Below are positions 1-15,064 of a stretch of DNA of 64,000 bases, piece by piece; the stretch's first letter is position 1; every line of letters starts with the position of its first letter. The DNA lies in contig OX597824.1 in the NCBI GenBank assembly GCA_951406725.2, forward strand, positions 92,504,001 through 92,568,000. The letters run 5' to 3'. The DNA comes from Octopus vulgaris (lineage: Eukaryota). Under the pieces are notes generated by a model that worked only from the letters and a program-made list of their open reading frames with translations, was not told the DNA's origin and did no database searches. Made by a program: the position numbers and the translations under genes.

Positions 1-175
1 CAACAACAGGGAGGACGTGGAACAAATATAATATTATTGGACGCTCAGAAAAGAAGGAAAGAAGGAGGGTTTAACGTTTCGAGAGAAGCTCTTCGTCGGA
101 AACATAGAAAAAGGAAAGATCCAGAGAAGAGAAGACAGAGGAAAAAAATCGCCAACGGTACAGACGCGGTCACAT
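1..175 (-). mobile_element. ~200-bp non-coding HHR-bearing repeat (family H1), copy 1, cut by window edge
   Basis: Reverse complement of 46359-46567 and 61048-61249. Minus strand reads GTTT-CCGACGA-A-GAGC..TCTC-GAAACGTT-AAAC (HHR core with U4C). Abuts (TA)n. Confidence 0.85.
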
Positions 176-197
176 TTATATATATATATATATTACT

Positions 198-1146
<949 letters not shown>

Positions 1147-1153
1147 AGTAATA

Positions 1154-1198
<45 letters not shown>

Positions 1199-1214
1199 TA
1201 CTTATATTCGAAGA

Positions 1215-1420
1215 AATAAATTGTAAAGAAAGCCATGCTTCGACATAGGGGAAGATCAAATCCCAACCATCACAGAAAAGCCGAAAAATTGTTTGTTAAA
1301 GGTTTTCAACTACGTCTGATGCGCTCTGAAACCATTAAGGAAAGCAAACTAGACACGCAGTGCTGGTTGAGAGCTGTAGAGAGATGTAGACTGGGATTTA
1401 GACACTTGGGATCTGGCAGA
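1215..1420 (+). pseudogene. Degraded non-LTR retrotransposon RT-region fragment (Hero/R2-group-like)
   Basis: Frame-shifted translation CFDIGEDQIPTITEKPKNCLLKVFN...WLRAVERCRLG resembles the F.I.GE.IPT..EKPVK.LG...WL..VD.S.LPG segment of Hero-type RTs (from memory). Confidence 0.5.
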
Positions 1421-2352
1421 ATACAAATGGTATGGTCCATAGAGCACATGGGGAGTATGTTGGACTACAAGGTAGGATAATTAACTAATATTTAAAATGT
1501 TGTTTTATGGCCAAGATCCAAAGTAGGTTTCACAGCCAAATCTTCAGACCCTTTTCTCCACTTTAGAAATCCCTAATCTTTTATGGGTTCAGCTCTTTTG
1601 CTTTTATCTTCCCAGCTGGCCATTGTCGTTTGATCGAATTTCAATATATCACTGTTTTAGAGAGAATTAGGGAACGAGAAAGAGAGAGAGAGAGAGAGAG
1701 GGGGGGAAAGAGAGAGAGGGGGGAAAGAGAGATAGTAGGATGTGCGCTAATCTATTGAGGTAAGACAGGTCTAACGAATACAACCACGTGCCACGTGACA
1801 GGTTGTCATGGATAGTGTTTTGTCTAATCCGTACATCTACTATATTGATATGCACCTACTTCCGTCGGTTCACTGATTCAGGTACTATGGTGTAGGTCAT
1901 TGCAGGTACTATGGTGTAGGTAGTATGGCGTAGGTCAGTTTGTTCCCTCAACAAATTGAGTATAGAAATTGTTTATTTCGTGCAGAGAGAAAAAAATTCA
2001 GATTGTATTCAACACTACGGTACACCGTGTACCTAGTTTCATATGGAAGTGTGGCGGTAAATAAGAATGGTAAGATTAAGCAGTATTATAAGACAAGCCA
2101 TTTCAATGTCGGCGAATTTTCTGAGAGAAGAAGGAAGAACGAGTGGCGTTATATGAGCCTAATCATCATGCAATATTCTCGTTTGTTTTCATCTTTCCAT
2201 GAGAAGATGTCACACCATAGGGAAATATTACGTTGCTTATGAAGAGGAAACTTCTGACAACTGTAAGGCCATCTGTCCATCGAAAATATGCCTCAATGAA
2301 TTCCATCTGACATATGCATGTATGAAAAAACATTGAAATGATAGCAACGTGT

Positions 2353-2417
<65 letters not shown>

Positions 2418-2418
<1 letters not shown>

Positions 2419-2639
2419 GAGAATGAGCTGAACAGTTCCGGGCTTACGGGAAAAGGAAAAGAAAATACAGGATGATCACTTAATTATGGTTTTATTCAAC
2501 TCATTCCCCTCCCAAACTAACACACATATTACAGCGGATCTTCAGTTTTTTTAAGCCTTGTCAGAGAACTCGGAAGGTTGGCTCCCCAACAAGGTCTTTC
2601 GCGATACCCTTAAAGCCAAGAAATTCTCTGCATCACTCG
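2418..2639 (-). mobile_element. Mariner-derived MITE
   Basis: Degenerate TIRs CGAGAATGAGCTGAACAGTTCCGGGCTT / AAGCCAAGAAATTCTCTGCATCACTCG flanked by TA. Homologous (reverse) to 32261-32450. Confidence 0.7.
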
Positions 2640-2645
2640 TATATA

Positions 2646-2701
<56 letters not shown>

Positions 2702-2841
2702 ATTTATTTATCTATCTATTTATATTGGGTATGGTAGTTAAGTTCAGCAAAAATTTAGATTCAGATGAATATGGCACGTAATTTGAGGCACCAGAATTTA
2801 ATATAGTATTATCCTTACAATTTCATAGTAAGGTGATTAAA

Positions 2842-3040
2842 ATCAAAATAAGCAACAAGGATATCGAGAGGTAATGCAGTACGATCCGTTCATGCAACTC
2901 CATTTAATTCAACAAGGCAATCATTGCATCAATTGCTCTGTATTTTAAATTGGTGCAATGATTGCATTGTTCAATTAAATGGGATTGCATGAAACGATCG
3001 TACTGCATTACCTCTGGATATCCTTGTTGTTTATTTTGAT
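2842..3040. repeat. Long inverted repeat (93-bp arms, 13-bp spacer); likely Penelope-type inverted end
   Basis: 2842-2934 is the imperfect reverse complement of 2948-3040. Ends in (TA)n. Contains GAAA-CGATCG-TA at 2991-3002. Confidence 0.85.
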
Positions 3041-3049
3041 ATATATATA

Positions 3050-3345
3050 TATGACTTTGATAACTTTTATAGGTTTCGACCAGTAGAGGCACAGGTCATG
3101 ACTAACTTAATAGCACCACCTGGTGAAGTCTTTTCGTCATATATAGGGCACCAAGCCCTACTCTAACAAAGAGTTATTATTTTAGGAGACATATCCGGGT
3201 GTAGGAAGTTGGTCCGAGATTTTTTGAAGAAAATTGTCCAGTGAACTTTTGAATTTTATGGGATCCGTTTGCGTTTTGACGTATTTTGGTATGGTATTAA
3301 AAAGGTCTGGACCGGTTGAGGTACAGTAATTGCGATGCCAAACGC
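3050..3345 (-). mobile_element. 3' end of CR1/L2-type LINE (RT C-terminus + 3'UTR)
   Basis: GPDLFNTIPKYVK...FKSSLDNFLQKISDQLPTPGY is a typical CR1/L2 C-terminal signature. Related to the peptide at 19612-19790. Confidence 0.65.
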
Positions 3346-4656
3346 ACACAAAGAAACACACACAGCAATACATATGTATGTATAAATATATGTGTTTATC
3401 TGTATATGTATATATAAATACGGAGATGTACTTGCATAGCAAGTGAGCTGATCTAGGATACAGCACAGAATTTTGTCAGTGAACAGGTCGCCGTCTGAAG
3501 GTGACGAAAATATTTTAACAAATTAAATTTAAATGTTGAAGTGAATCTAACGGATTTTGTGTGTTTCTTAAATGTGTTATAAACACCTTCCACGCTGCAA
3601 TTTTTTATATATATAATAGACATTAGAAAACAAAATAGAATGGACATTGGTGCTGTTTCAGAGTTCGGCTAACGGTAACGATGCTGGTTTTCACAGATTG
3701 TAATTGCGTGAAAATGAATTTAAAGATCATCATAAACATAAGCTTCACGAGATTAACAGCACTAGCCCTATCAAGAACGGTTACATGTAAAACAGAAATA
3801 AAAAGTGGGTTTGCAAAGGGACACAAAAGATCACTGAAATTATATTTCTGGCTCTTCTTCAGAGCGTTAGACGAGAAGGGAGATTCTACAAACATAATTA
3901 AGTTTACGAAGTATATTATGTAAAGACGTTTGTTCCAAACTCGTGAATCAAGATAGCCCATGCTATAGCGTTCATGATTGACCCTTAGCGCCTGTAACAC
4001 AGTTACAACGGTGGAAATTCTAGGTGCTCACATACCGTGACGTCGCGTAAGTGGTGCGGGTTTCTACACGGTGGTTTGACTGGAACAATAGCGCGGAATA
4101 TTGGTATTAAAACACTGATAAATACATATAAGATTTTTGCTTGTTTTGTAGCATAATGATAATGAAGAAATTGTATATGTTGTTACGACAGACTCGCTTT
4201 TAATCCCTGTCAGATTTCGGCACAAATAGTTCGGGTGAGAATACACAGGATCAAGTGGCGCCAAGCAGATCAGGGTTCGAAAGGTTAAAGGGTTTTCAAA
4301 TCCGCTTGATGTAGGAAAAGACAAGTACCATAATATTGCCATTAGCTTGGTTTTAGTAGAATTCTTTTAATGCAAGAAATCTCTTATCGAACCAAGGATT
4401 CTCGTAACTTCCCACACAGATCAATCAACGGAGAAGAAAAAAAGAAAAAGAAAAGGAATTAATTAACTATTGAAGGCGTTCGGTCGCATTCATTCGTTAC
4501 AAGTACCATTACTTTCTTTCTTTTTATTTTTGTTTTGGAATAATGAAATATACGAAAACCAAATTCAAAACTGGAATTATTTCTTGGTCATGAAGATTCA
4601 CACAAAATGTAATCTGGCAGTGAAAAAAAATTTCGAGCAGGAAAGCAGCACTTAGC

Positions 4657-4975
<319 letters not shown>

Positions 4976-5554
4976 GCAGAATTTGTGATGACGATTTTTC
5001 TTCAAGTGACTCATCAACAAACCATCCTATTAATTATTGATTAGCAGCAATGCGATCAACACACACAAATGCCATTATCATAATAGCCATCGTTATCATT
5101 ATCGGTATCGAAATCGTAATCAATATTCGCAACAAGATAATTATCAGGATTTCTAAACATCATCATTGTTTCGAACACACCAATCATGATGAGGGTGGCA
5201 TCTTCCTTCTGAAACAAATTTTCAACAAACTTTCGCATCATCGACATCGTCGTCGGTTTTTTGCATCGGGTCTCCTTCATGTAGTTCTTCGTCGTTGCTA
5301 TCATCTTCGTTGTCGATATCAGCATTGACATCGAAGTCATCATCACCATCATCATCATCATCTTCCTCATCAACATCATCATCATCGTCATAATCATCAT
5401 CACCATCATCATCTTCATCTTAACCTTTACGCAATATTCACGTGTGCAGATGGCGTAGATGTTAAGAGCGCGGGCTACTAACCCTAAGATTCCGAGTTCG
5501 ATTCCAGGCGATGACCTGAATAACAACGACGACAACAACAACAACAACAACAAC

Positions 5555-5638
<84 letters not shown>

Positions 5639-5639
<1 letters not shown>

Positions 5640-5929
5640 GCGAAAGGGGCTGATTGCTACCTAACTCAGATACCAGGAAACCTCAAAATGGCAGAAATTC
5701 AAAAGATAGTGCTCATGGGAATTGCTCATATCCTACGCAAAATACTTTCTATGTAATCTCATGGTTTAAAACATACATAATTTTCGTTTTTTTTTCATTT
5801 TTGTGGACATTCACTAGTACAGCACCAAAAATAACAACAACATGAACTTCCAACCTGTTGTCTTTTGAGGTCTGTGGGTAAGACTTGGAGCCAACATGTA
5901 CAAATATAAAGCAAAAATCAAACATACAA

Positions 5930-5931
<2 letters not shown>
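5639..5931 (+). mobile_element. 5'-truncated Dong/R4-clade non-LTR retrotransposon inserted in (TAA)n
   Basis: Translation AKGADCYLTQIPGNLKMAEIQKIVLMGIAHILRKILSM* (stop 5754-5756) matches the IQK.VL.GTAHILRK.L C-terminus of R4/Dong proteins. Flanked both sides by (AAT)n, the known Dong target. Confidence 0.8.
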
Positions 5932-6021
<90 letters not shown>

Positions 6022-6022
6022 C

Positions 6023-6054
<32 letters not shown>

Positions 6055-6111
6055 CAACAACAACATCTAAAAATACTTAGGAATGAGAACCCAGGTTCGA
6101 AATTTCCCCAT

Positions 6112-6157
6112 GACACCTGATGAAAGCTGGAGAGTATATCAGCCGAAACGCTGTGCT
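6112..6157 (+). ncRNA. Minimal type I hammerhead motif (mutated at U16.1)
   Basis: GACAC-CTGATGA-A-AGCTG(GAGAGTATAT)CAGCC-GAAA-CG-CT-GTGCT. Sister copy 25755-25800 supplies GGCTG and TT-GTGTT. Confidence 0.65.
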
Positions 6158-6245
6158 TACAACCAACAAGATGAGAACACATATCCGTCAAATGTAAATA
6201 ATGTAAATAATGTACATAATTCCTCATCTCTTAAACATAGAACTG

Positions 6246-7440
<1,195 letters not shown>

Positions 7441-7619
7441 TACAACGGCCACTTCCATTAAATAATATTGTTTTCTTTTTTACTCTCGAAAAGAAAAAGA
7501 AGAAAAAGGAAAGCCGTGAGGTTTCATTTTAATCTTAATTCTATTTATGTATTTATTTATTCTTTCATATCCTTATTAATTTATTAGAATATTACTACGG
7601 AGATTAGACAGTATGAATT

Positions 7620-7896
7620 ACAACAACAATAACAACAACAACAACAATAATAATAATAATAAAATCACTTTTGTAGTAATAACAAAAATGCTAATAATAA
7701 TACAAGAAAAGCAACGACAACAACAACAATAATAATGATAATAATAATAATAGTAATAATAAGTAGAGTAATAATGATAATAATAATGTTGAATATAATC
7801 GTTAAATTACGAACAACAAAATTTGTAATAATAAAGTTGACAATATGAACTTGAATAGCAAATACAATGTCAAGAGTAACAAAAAAAGCAATATAT

Positions 7897-7965
<69 letters not shown>

Positions 7966-7980
7966 TAATAATAATGAGCG
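7620..7980. repeat. Degenerate (AAT)n/(AAC)n microsatellite
   Basis: Direct reading. Confidence 0.85.
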
Positions 7981-8129
7981 CAACATCAATAAAACAAATG
8001 TGCTATAAGGGAAGCCATTAAATGCGGAACGAATTTCCAATTTAAAAAAAAAAATTGCATTCAGACGTCATTTTTTTTTTAATATCTGTGAAATGATATC
8101 ATGAAAGAGGCAGATGGGGAGAGAGATGT

Positions 8130-8168
<39 letters not shown>

Positions 8169-8704
8169 AGATAGAGTGAAAGAAAGAATGAAAGAATGTA
8201 AGTGAGAGAGAAAAATAAAGAACCAGAGCCAACAAGAAGGGTCCGAGAGGGAGGCAAGACTATATATCACCTCATAGTAGCCTTTGTGTGTTCTGTAGTT
8301 TTAATGACATTGGTAATGCATCGGAGAAACGAGACAAAACAAAATTAAAATAAAATATTGATGTCTTACACATTTTAATATTGATAATGTTGAGGGCAAC
8401 AAAAGGGCAGAAATTGTGGAACTCCAGACTGAATTAGTAATAATCTGCTTCAAACTCTCTCCGTTGAAAATTCGACAGGTTTTGCTTTGTGTATTTCGCA
8501 TACCCAAGAGCTTTAAAATAATTACCTGTGTAATAAGGACGCTGCAAATTATTGACACACTAACCCTCGGACCTCATCTATGCATTTTTTTTCATCGATA
8601 AGGTATTAAATTTTGTAAAGGACTGATTCAATGATTGCAGGTTTTCAGTAGGTTTCTCACCACCTCCATTTCTTTTTTGTCAACGGGAACATCAATGGCA
8701 GAAT

Positions 8705-8968
8705 TATTCGAAGGGCAGAACCCGAGGAACCGGCTTTGTACAGTTTCCCCACCTGGACGGGACACCGGTCCGTTGCAGGTGAGCTGCAAGATGCAGGAGG
8801 AAAGAGGGAGAAAAAGTTGTGGCGAAAGAGTCAGCAGAAGTTGGCCATTACTTTTAGTCGGAGCCGCGTGGAGCTTAGGTGTTTCGCTCATAAACACAAA
8901 CACCATCCGCGTCTGAGATTCGAACCCGTGATCAGCTGCTCTAACCACTGGGCCTTTTGCTTCCACAC
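8705..8968 (-). mobile_element. Diverged tRNA-derived SINE (family A)
   Basis: Reverse complement begins GTGGAAGCAAAAGGCCCAGTGGTTAGAGCAGC..GGGTTCGAATCTCAGAC. Homologous to 45821-46138. Confidence 0.75.
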
Positions 8969-10586
8969 ATAAATACATATATACACATGTAATTACGATT
9001 CTGTTCAGTTAGTTCGCAAACATCAGCGATATAATTTGAATATTGAATATCAAGATACTGTGTAGGGGTCTTTGTACCTAATATTTCTATCTTGTGTGCA
9101 GACAAAACAACCCAGCTAAGTGAAAATATCCGCTCTTGGTAATTCAGACAGGTACTTTTTATAAAGGTAATTTCTATAGTGTTTCTGAAGAGCAGATTCC
9201 AAATTAGGTGAACAGAATATAATTAAGCAACAAATATGTACAAGTGTCAATACATTACGGCCGTTTCAAGCCGCTTGAACCAGGTCTCGTGTCGAAAAAA
9301 AAATGTGTTCACAACAAAAATAAAGGAATACATTCCCACTGGATAGAGTTATGGTTAAATTCATATCGAAACATTGTTTTAGTATTTTGTTGAATTTGCA
9401 TCTTCAGGCCATCGGTTACAATATCTTTTACCAAATGTATTACTGCGGTAGATAATATGTTTTATATTATTTTAATTTCATTTTTTACTCTTTGCCATTC
9501 ATTCCAGATCCTTTAAGAAAAAAGCGGTATGTAATTTACGATTATTATCTGGGGCCACGGTGTAAATGCATCCATATAGATGTAATATCTATGCAATATG
9601 TGTAAAATGGCAAACATCACACATTTCACTAAAACGTTGCTGTTTCTGTTTAGCCGTCCTCAGCTCTAAAATTATCGACGTATGATAAAAATGAACATCC
9701 GCTTCATCATTATCACATTTTTGTCCATACACGGCTTGCCTATCAACAGGTTATTTATCGTGCAATTGAGTGAATTATGTCCCCTACATCTAAGGGTAAT
9801 CTAACGAAAACTTCTTCAATGACGCACAGGCTGTCTTAAACAATGCTTGGTACTAAAATATGGTGGATTTTGGTCATTTATTCCAGATGTTTAACTTTTA
9901 AGAATTAATAGAATGTCAAGGTCAAAGGGTTATATATAATGTCTCTTGTCCTACAGTTTATACAGAGAGTTACCTGGCTTCTATGGTGTATGAGCGAAAA
10001 ACATCACCACAGTCCTCCTGCACGGGACAGGATTCCATGAAAAGGTTACTGTTTTAGCGTTGAGTTGACTGTCACCGCGTGACATACAATGGTTTTCTGA
10101 AGATCACAGCCGATGTCAGATACCAAGAAATAAAATAAGAATTTCGCGACAGTGAGTGCAACACAATTGCTACTTTGGTACGACCCTTTCATAACATTTT
10201 ATATAACCTCCAAGAGAATACGAAACATGATTAATACTACCAGCAACACGGTTATCTGTATAACGGTAAACTCTGAATATTGCGACAGTTAATGAAACCA
10301 TTTACTGCGCTTAATTTCCAGCTAAAAGCTTCATTACTTTCTATACACAATGGCCCCGTTCATCCAAAGTAAAATAAGCAGGATAAATGTCTAAGACATA
10401 ATGGCTTATCGTCAGATGCAGTATTACTTTAATCTCGGTCAGTCTTCAAATCACTTCAAATTAATGCATGTCTTCATTTCTCATCGCATTTGTTCCTATA
10501 GTTCATTCCATTTCCCAATAATTAACGCCATTCACTTTTTCACCGTTTCACATCTCCATTACACCAGCATTCTACTACCAACACAC

Positions 10587-10691
<105 letters not shown>

Positions 10692-10858
10692 TGCATTCTT
10701 TCTGCGCCTTCTGCTCCTTATTTCTCTATATTGCATTTCTCACAATCTCCACTTACTTATCCGCGCACAAATACACTCTACAAAAGCACGCACACGCACA
10801 CACACAATATAATTAATTTCATAAATGCGCACATTCACACACACACGCACACGCAGAT

Positions 10859-10951
<93 letters not shown>

Positions 10952-11008
10952 GATAATATACATATATGTATATATGTGAAATATGCGTTGACATGCGATA
11001 CACACACA

Positions 11009-11049
<41 letters not shown>

Positions 11050-11101
11050 TCACTATGAGGTATGTTTTATAGACACACACACATACACACACACATATAT
11101 G

Positions 11102-11181
<80 letters not shown>

Positions 11182-11191
11182 TCTTGATAGG

Positions 11192-11228
<37 letters not shown>

Positions 11229-11770
11229 CGATAGAAAGATAGATAGATATAGATATATATTTTCATACATATACGTGAAGAGTTGTGTTAGGTGTGCCCA
11301 TGTACAGTATCAATCTGGTCTCACATGTTAGAAGCTGTATACGTTTATAAAGCTTGTGGCACACGAAAGGCCACATCTAACGCACCAACCACACTCTCAC
11401 ACATAGATACATTGAAATGTGCATTACTGGAATGTGTAGGTATATGTGTATTCGCGCACATGTCTTTCAATAGGTGTGCTTGCAGAATCGTTAGAAGACC
11501 GGGTAAAACACCTTTCCCGCCGTCCTCATGTTGAGAGTTCAATCTCCGCTAAGGCCAATTTAACATTTCGTAATTTCAGAATCGATTACATAATTACCAG
11601 CTGAGAAATAGGGTCGATGTAATCGACTTAAATATCCCTAAGTTCGACTACGAATGAAAAACTTCTGCAACCCCGTGCTAAGCCATGTGAGGCCAGTATG
11701 GTAGATTATGCTCATCAAACCTGTACGATCTAATTCATTCTTATACACACACACACACATATATATATAT

Positions 11771-12036
11771 ACACCAATTAAGGACTGAATACGGAAAATG
11801 GACAGTCAACATGCTAGATATAGACGTCAAATCGCCACTCCACAAAGATTATGTTCTCAAATTTGAGAACATAATCTTTGTGGAGAATGGCGATTTGACG
11901 TCTATATCTAGTATGTTGACTGTCCACTTTTCGTGTTCAGTCCTTTATTGGTATATATAAATATTTTAATCTTCGGATTCTTTTTAATATTCTAGACCAC
12001 TGGTTTTAATTGACTAATATCAATTTCTAGCCTTAA

Positions 12037-12042
<6 letters not shown>
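11771..12042 (+). mobile_element. Spacer-less ~180-bp palindrome plus 90-bp tail in (TA)n; truncated Penelope-type insertion with inverted 5' end
   Basis: Centre CAAA|TTTG at 11861/11862. Inner 24-bp arms perfect, ~89-bp arms overall. Ends CCTTAATTAATTA+(TA)n, similar to the 261-1031 element end. Confidence 0.7.
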
Positions 12043-12068
<26 letters not shown>

Positions 12069-12196
12069 CGAAAACAACGTTATTTTATTCTACACGGGTA
12101 GAAATATAGGAATAATAGAAGTAGAAAAATGCGCGGGGCATAGTTAGAATATAGGGAAACTGAAATAAGCCCTTTAGTTTTATATATATATATATA

Positions 12197-12979
12197 TGCA
12201 AAAAGGGTGAAATATAATTAATTTAATAAAATTAATAAATTTCACCTAGTAGATTTTTCGGTATGGAAAATAGCATATTTGGTAAGAATTATATTAATTA
12301 TAATGATGGGTTAATTGCAACAAGTTGCTCAAAACCACATACCGAAAATGTTAGAAATAGCAGCCAAATAGATCAATGGTTTTGAGCAACTTGTTGCAAT
12401 TAACCCTTTATTATAATTAATATAATTCTTACCAAATATGGTATTTTCTATACCGAAAAATCTACTAGGTGAAATTTATTAATTTTATTAAATTAATTAT
12501 ATTTCACCCTTTTTGTATATTGAATACTATTTCTCCCATACAGTAAATCTGCGAAACTTCGTTTCGTTGGTAATGTTTTTGTAACTCACGTGGTAATTTT
12601 GGAGGGAGATACGAATTCGCCTGTCTATACAAATGTAGAGATGCTGGCGGACCGTTAGATCGTTCGATGTCGCCTGATTGAGCTGGTGTAATGGGTGAGT
12701 TTTTTCCCTAGCATTTCTAGATTTAGAGGAAATATTATATTGACAAGGAAATGAACTTTGGGTTCTAATCCAGAAACGGATTCGTCTATAATTAATCCAA
12801 TAGGCTGGGATTTCGTTATTTTCTTTCTCTTTACTATATACGGGTTACAAATTCTGTTTGTTTGTGGAGACTTTTTTTTTTATTAGTAGGAGAAATAGTG
12901 ATCTATTTGGCTGCTACATCTAATATTTTCGGTATGTGGTTTTGAGCAACTTGTTGCAATTAACTCTTTATTATAATTA

Positions 12980-12982
<3 letters not shown>
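12197..12982 (+). mobile_element. 560-bp-unit non-coding element with inverted 5' arm and terminal direct repeat (Penelope-like architecture), decayed HHR
   Basis: 12197-12375 is the reverse complement of 12899-12980 continuing into 12377-12518. TGGTTTTGAGCAAC at 12377 and 12937. Flanked by (TA)n. Confidence 0.8.
12734..12792 (+). ncRNA. Degenerate type I hammerhead motif
   Basis: ATTATA-TTGACAA-GGA..GAAC(TTTGG)GTTC..TCC-A-GAAA-CG(GATT)CG-TC^TATAAT. Stems I-III and GUC triplet present; core differs from CTGACGA by two transitions. Confidence 0.6.
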
Positions 12983-13048
<66 letters not shown>

Positions 13049-13243
13049 TATATGTATGAATGTAAAGAACGTCAGAGTCTTCCTGCTTACCATGTGACCA
13101 CGAGATGGCTGTACATTTCCGCCCTCACTACCTCATGATTCATTGATGACGTGGTAATCATTCAGCAGACCCGAAAATGTTCATTAGACGAGGCCTAATC
13201 GATTAAACAAACAAATACTTGTGCCCCTAGTATTAAATGAGAG

Positions 13244-13276
<33 letters not shown>

Positions 13277-13306
13277 GATAGATAGATAGATATATACATA
13301 CATACA

Positions 13307-13344
<38 letters not shown>

Positions 13345-13363
13345 CATACATATATACATACAA

Positions 13364-13398
<35 letters not shown>

Positions 13399-13785
13399 TG
13401 TATGTATGTATGTATGTATGTATGTATGTATGTATGTATGTATGTATGTAGCCAGCACAAAGTTGCTTTCTCTCTCGAACCTTGCATTGAAAAATAACAC
13501 TGAACCGCACCTTAATACTTACATTATATAACTGTGATATTCAATATTTCATTGTGTTTTTCAGCTTACAAAAACGACACTTTTCATACTCACCACCATT
13601 GTTTTGTCTTATATTGCTCAACAATTTTTCTCTTCTTCCATTCTTCCAATATATTCTCTCGAAGAATCCAATAAACCGGAAGTAAACGTTTCAGACGTTA
13701 TGCCTCATAACACGAAGTTGTAGGCGAAGAACGAGACGACGTGTGACATTATTGGCTCTCAGTCACGGAACACACATACACACAA

Positions 13786-13826
<41 letters not shown>

Positions 13827-14550
13827 GCATACGTAGCATACATGTGTATATATGTACATAAATATATATATATGTATAAACACACACATACATATACACA
13901 CACACGCGTGTGTATGTTTATGTGTGAATAAATGTATATATCTAAGTACATAAATTTTCTATGAATTTCCCCCTCCCCCGCCAAAAAAAAAAAACTAACC
14001 GAAGCCAAACCATACGTATGAATAAATAACCATTTGTACAGCAAGTTTATATGAAATTTCTTAATCTTCAGGTAAACCTGAACGAGAACTAAGTAATACA
14101 ATGACCCAACTATAACCTGTAGAAAACAGTTCTTTTCTCCTATATATTACTCACCATTCTTATTCTTCTTCTCCACCTTCTCTCATCTACTTATATTTGG
14201 CTTCACGGAAATATAATATTATAAATCAGTTTTGAATGCTGAAATCGAAATAAGATAATAAACAGAGCAAAGGATATTACAGAATCGCTGCTATTGATGT
14301 GTCTCCCCTACTTTTTCTTCCGCCAACTCCACCTCCTGACATTCCAATATGCTCTGCATATTCTTTGTTATTGATTGAATATATTTTTTCTCCCTAAACG
14401 TAACAACTTTGAATACAATTTGGATTGAATGCCCTGCCACTGATACTACTGGCTGAAGCCAAGAAACTTTCCAGAATTTCTTTCCCAATCACTATACAAA
14501 CTGATTCTCATTCAATTTATACTGCGATATCGATCTATACATATTATATT

Positions 14551-14931
14551 GTGGCGCAATGGCCCAGTGGTTAGGGAGAGGGTCACGCAATCGTAGAATT
14601 CGCGGTTTTGATTCCCAGACCGTACGTTGTGAGTGTTCATTAAGCGAAAACAGCTAAAGCTCCCCTAGGCTCCAGTAGCGGGTAAAGGCGAAGCCCGTTG
14701 TACTCTTTCACCACAAGTTGTTCTCGCCGTTTCTTCAGGTTTCTATTGTACTTGTATTTTAAAGGGCCAGCTTTCTCACACTCTGTGTCACGCTGAATCT
14801 CCCCGAGAACTACATTGAGGGTACACGTGTCTGTGGAGTACTCAGCCACTTGCATGTTAATTTCACGAGCAGGCTGTTCCGTTGATCGGATCAACTGGAA
14901 CTCTTGCCATCATAACTGATGGCGTGCCACG
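14551..14931 (+). mobile_element. tRNA-derived SINE (family A, long tail)
   Basis: GTGGCGCAATGGCCCAGTGGTTAGGG head. Colinear with 26631-27013. Confidence 0.9.
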
Positions 14932-14959
14932 ATACATATTGTACCGAGATATATCGATA

Positions 14960-15011
14960 GATATATAGATAAGTAGATATATAGATAGATAGAGAGAGAG
15001 AGAGATAAATG

Positions 15012-15064
<53 letters not shown>

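Larger units (their letters stand above)
5442..6240 (+). mobile_element. tRNA-headed SINE with internal (AAT)n and HHR-bearing tail (family H2), interrupted by a Dong insertion
   Basis: Head 5442-5520 (A-box-like TGGCGTAGATG, anticodon-like arm GGG-CTACTAA-CCC, B box GTTCGATTCC), then (AAC)n(AAT)n, then tail 6063-6240. Same head-spacer-tail order at 25545-25855. Confidence 0.75.

Noticed and set aside
1879-1940. 24-bp direct repeat CAGGTACTATGGTGTAGGT; other small duplications at 21118-21260 and 30322-30383
   Set aside because: Ordinary local slippage or TE subterminal repeats with no further structure.
4181-4409. Possible solo LTR (TGTTACGA...TCGTAAC)
   Set aside because: Terminal CA is imperfect, no TSD and no second copy in the window.
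9253-9310. Minus-strand GAAA-CGGCCG-TA hammerhead half
   Set aside because: No recognisable CUGANGA core or convincing stem II.
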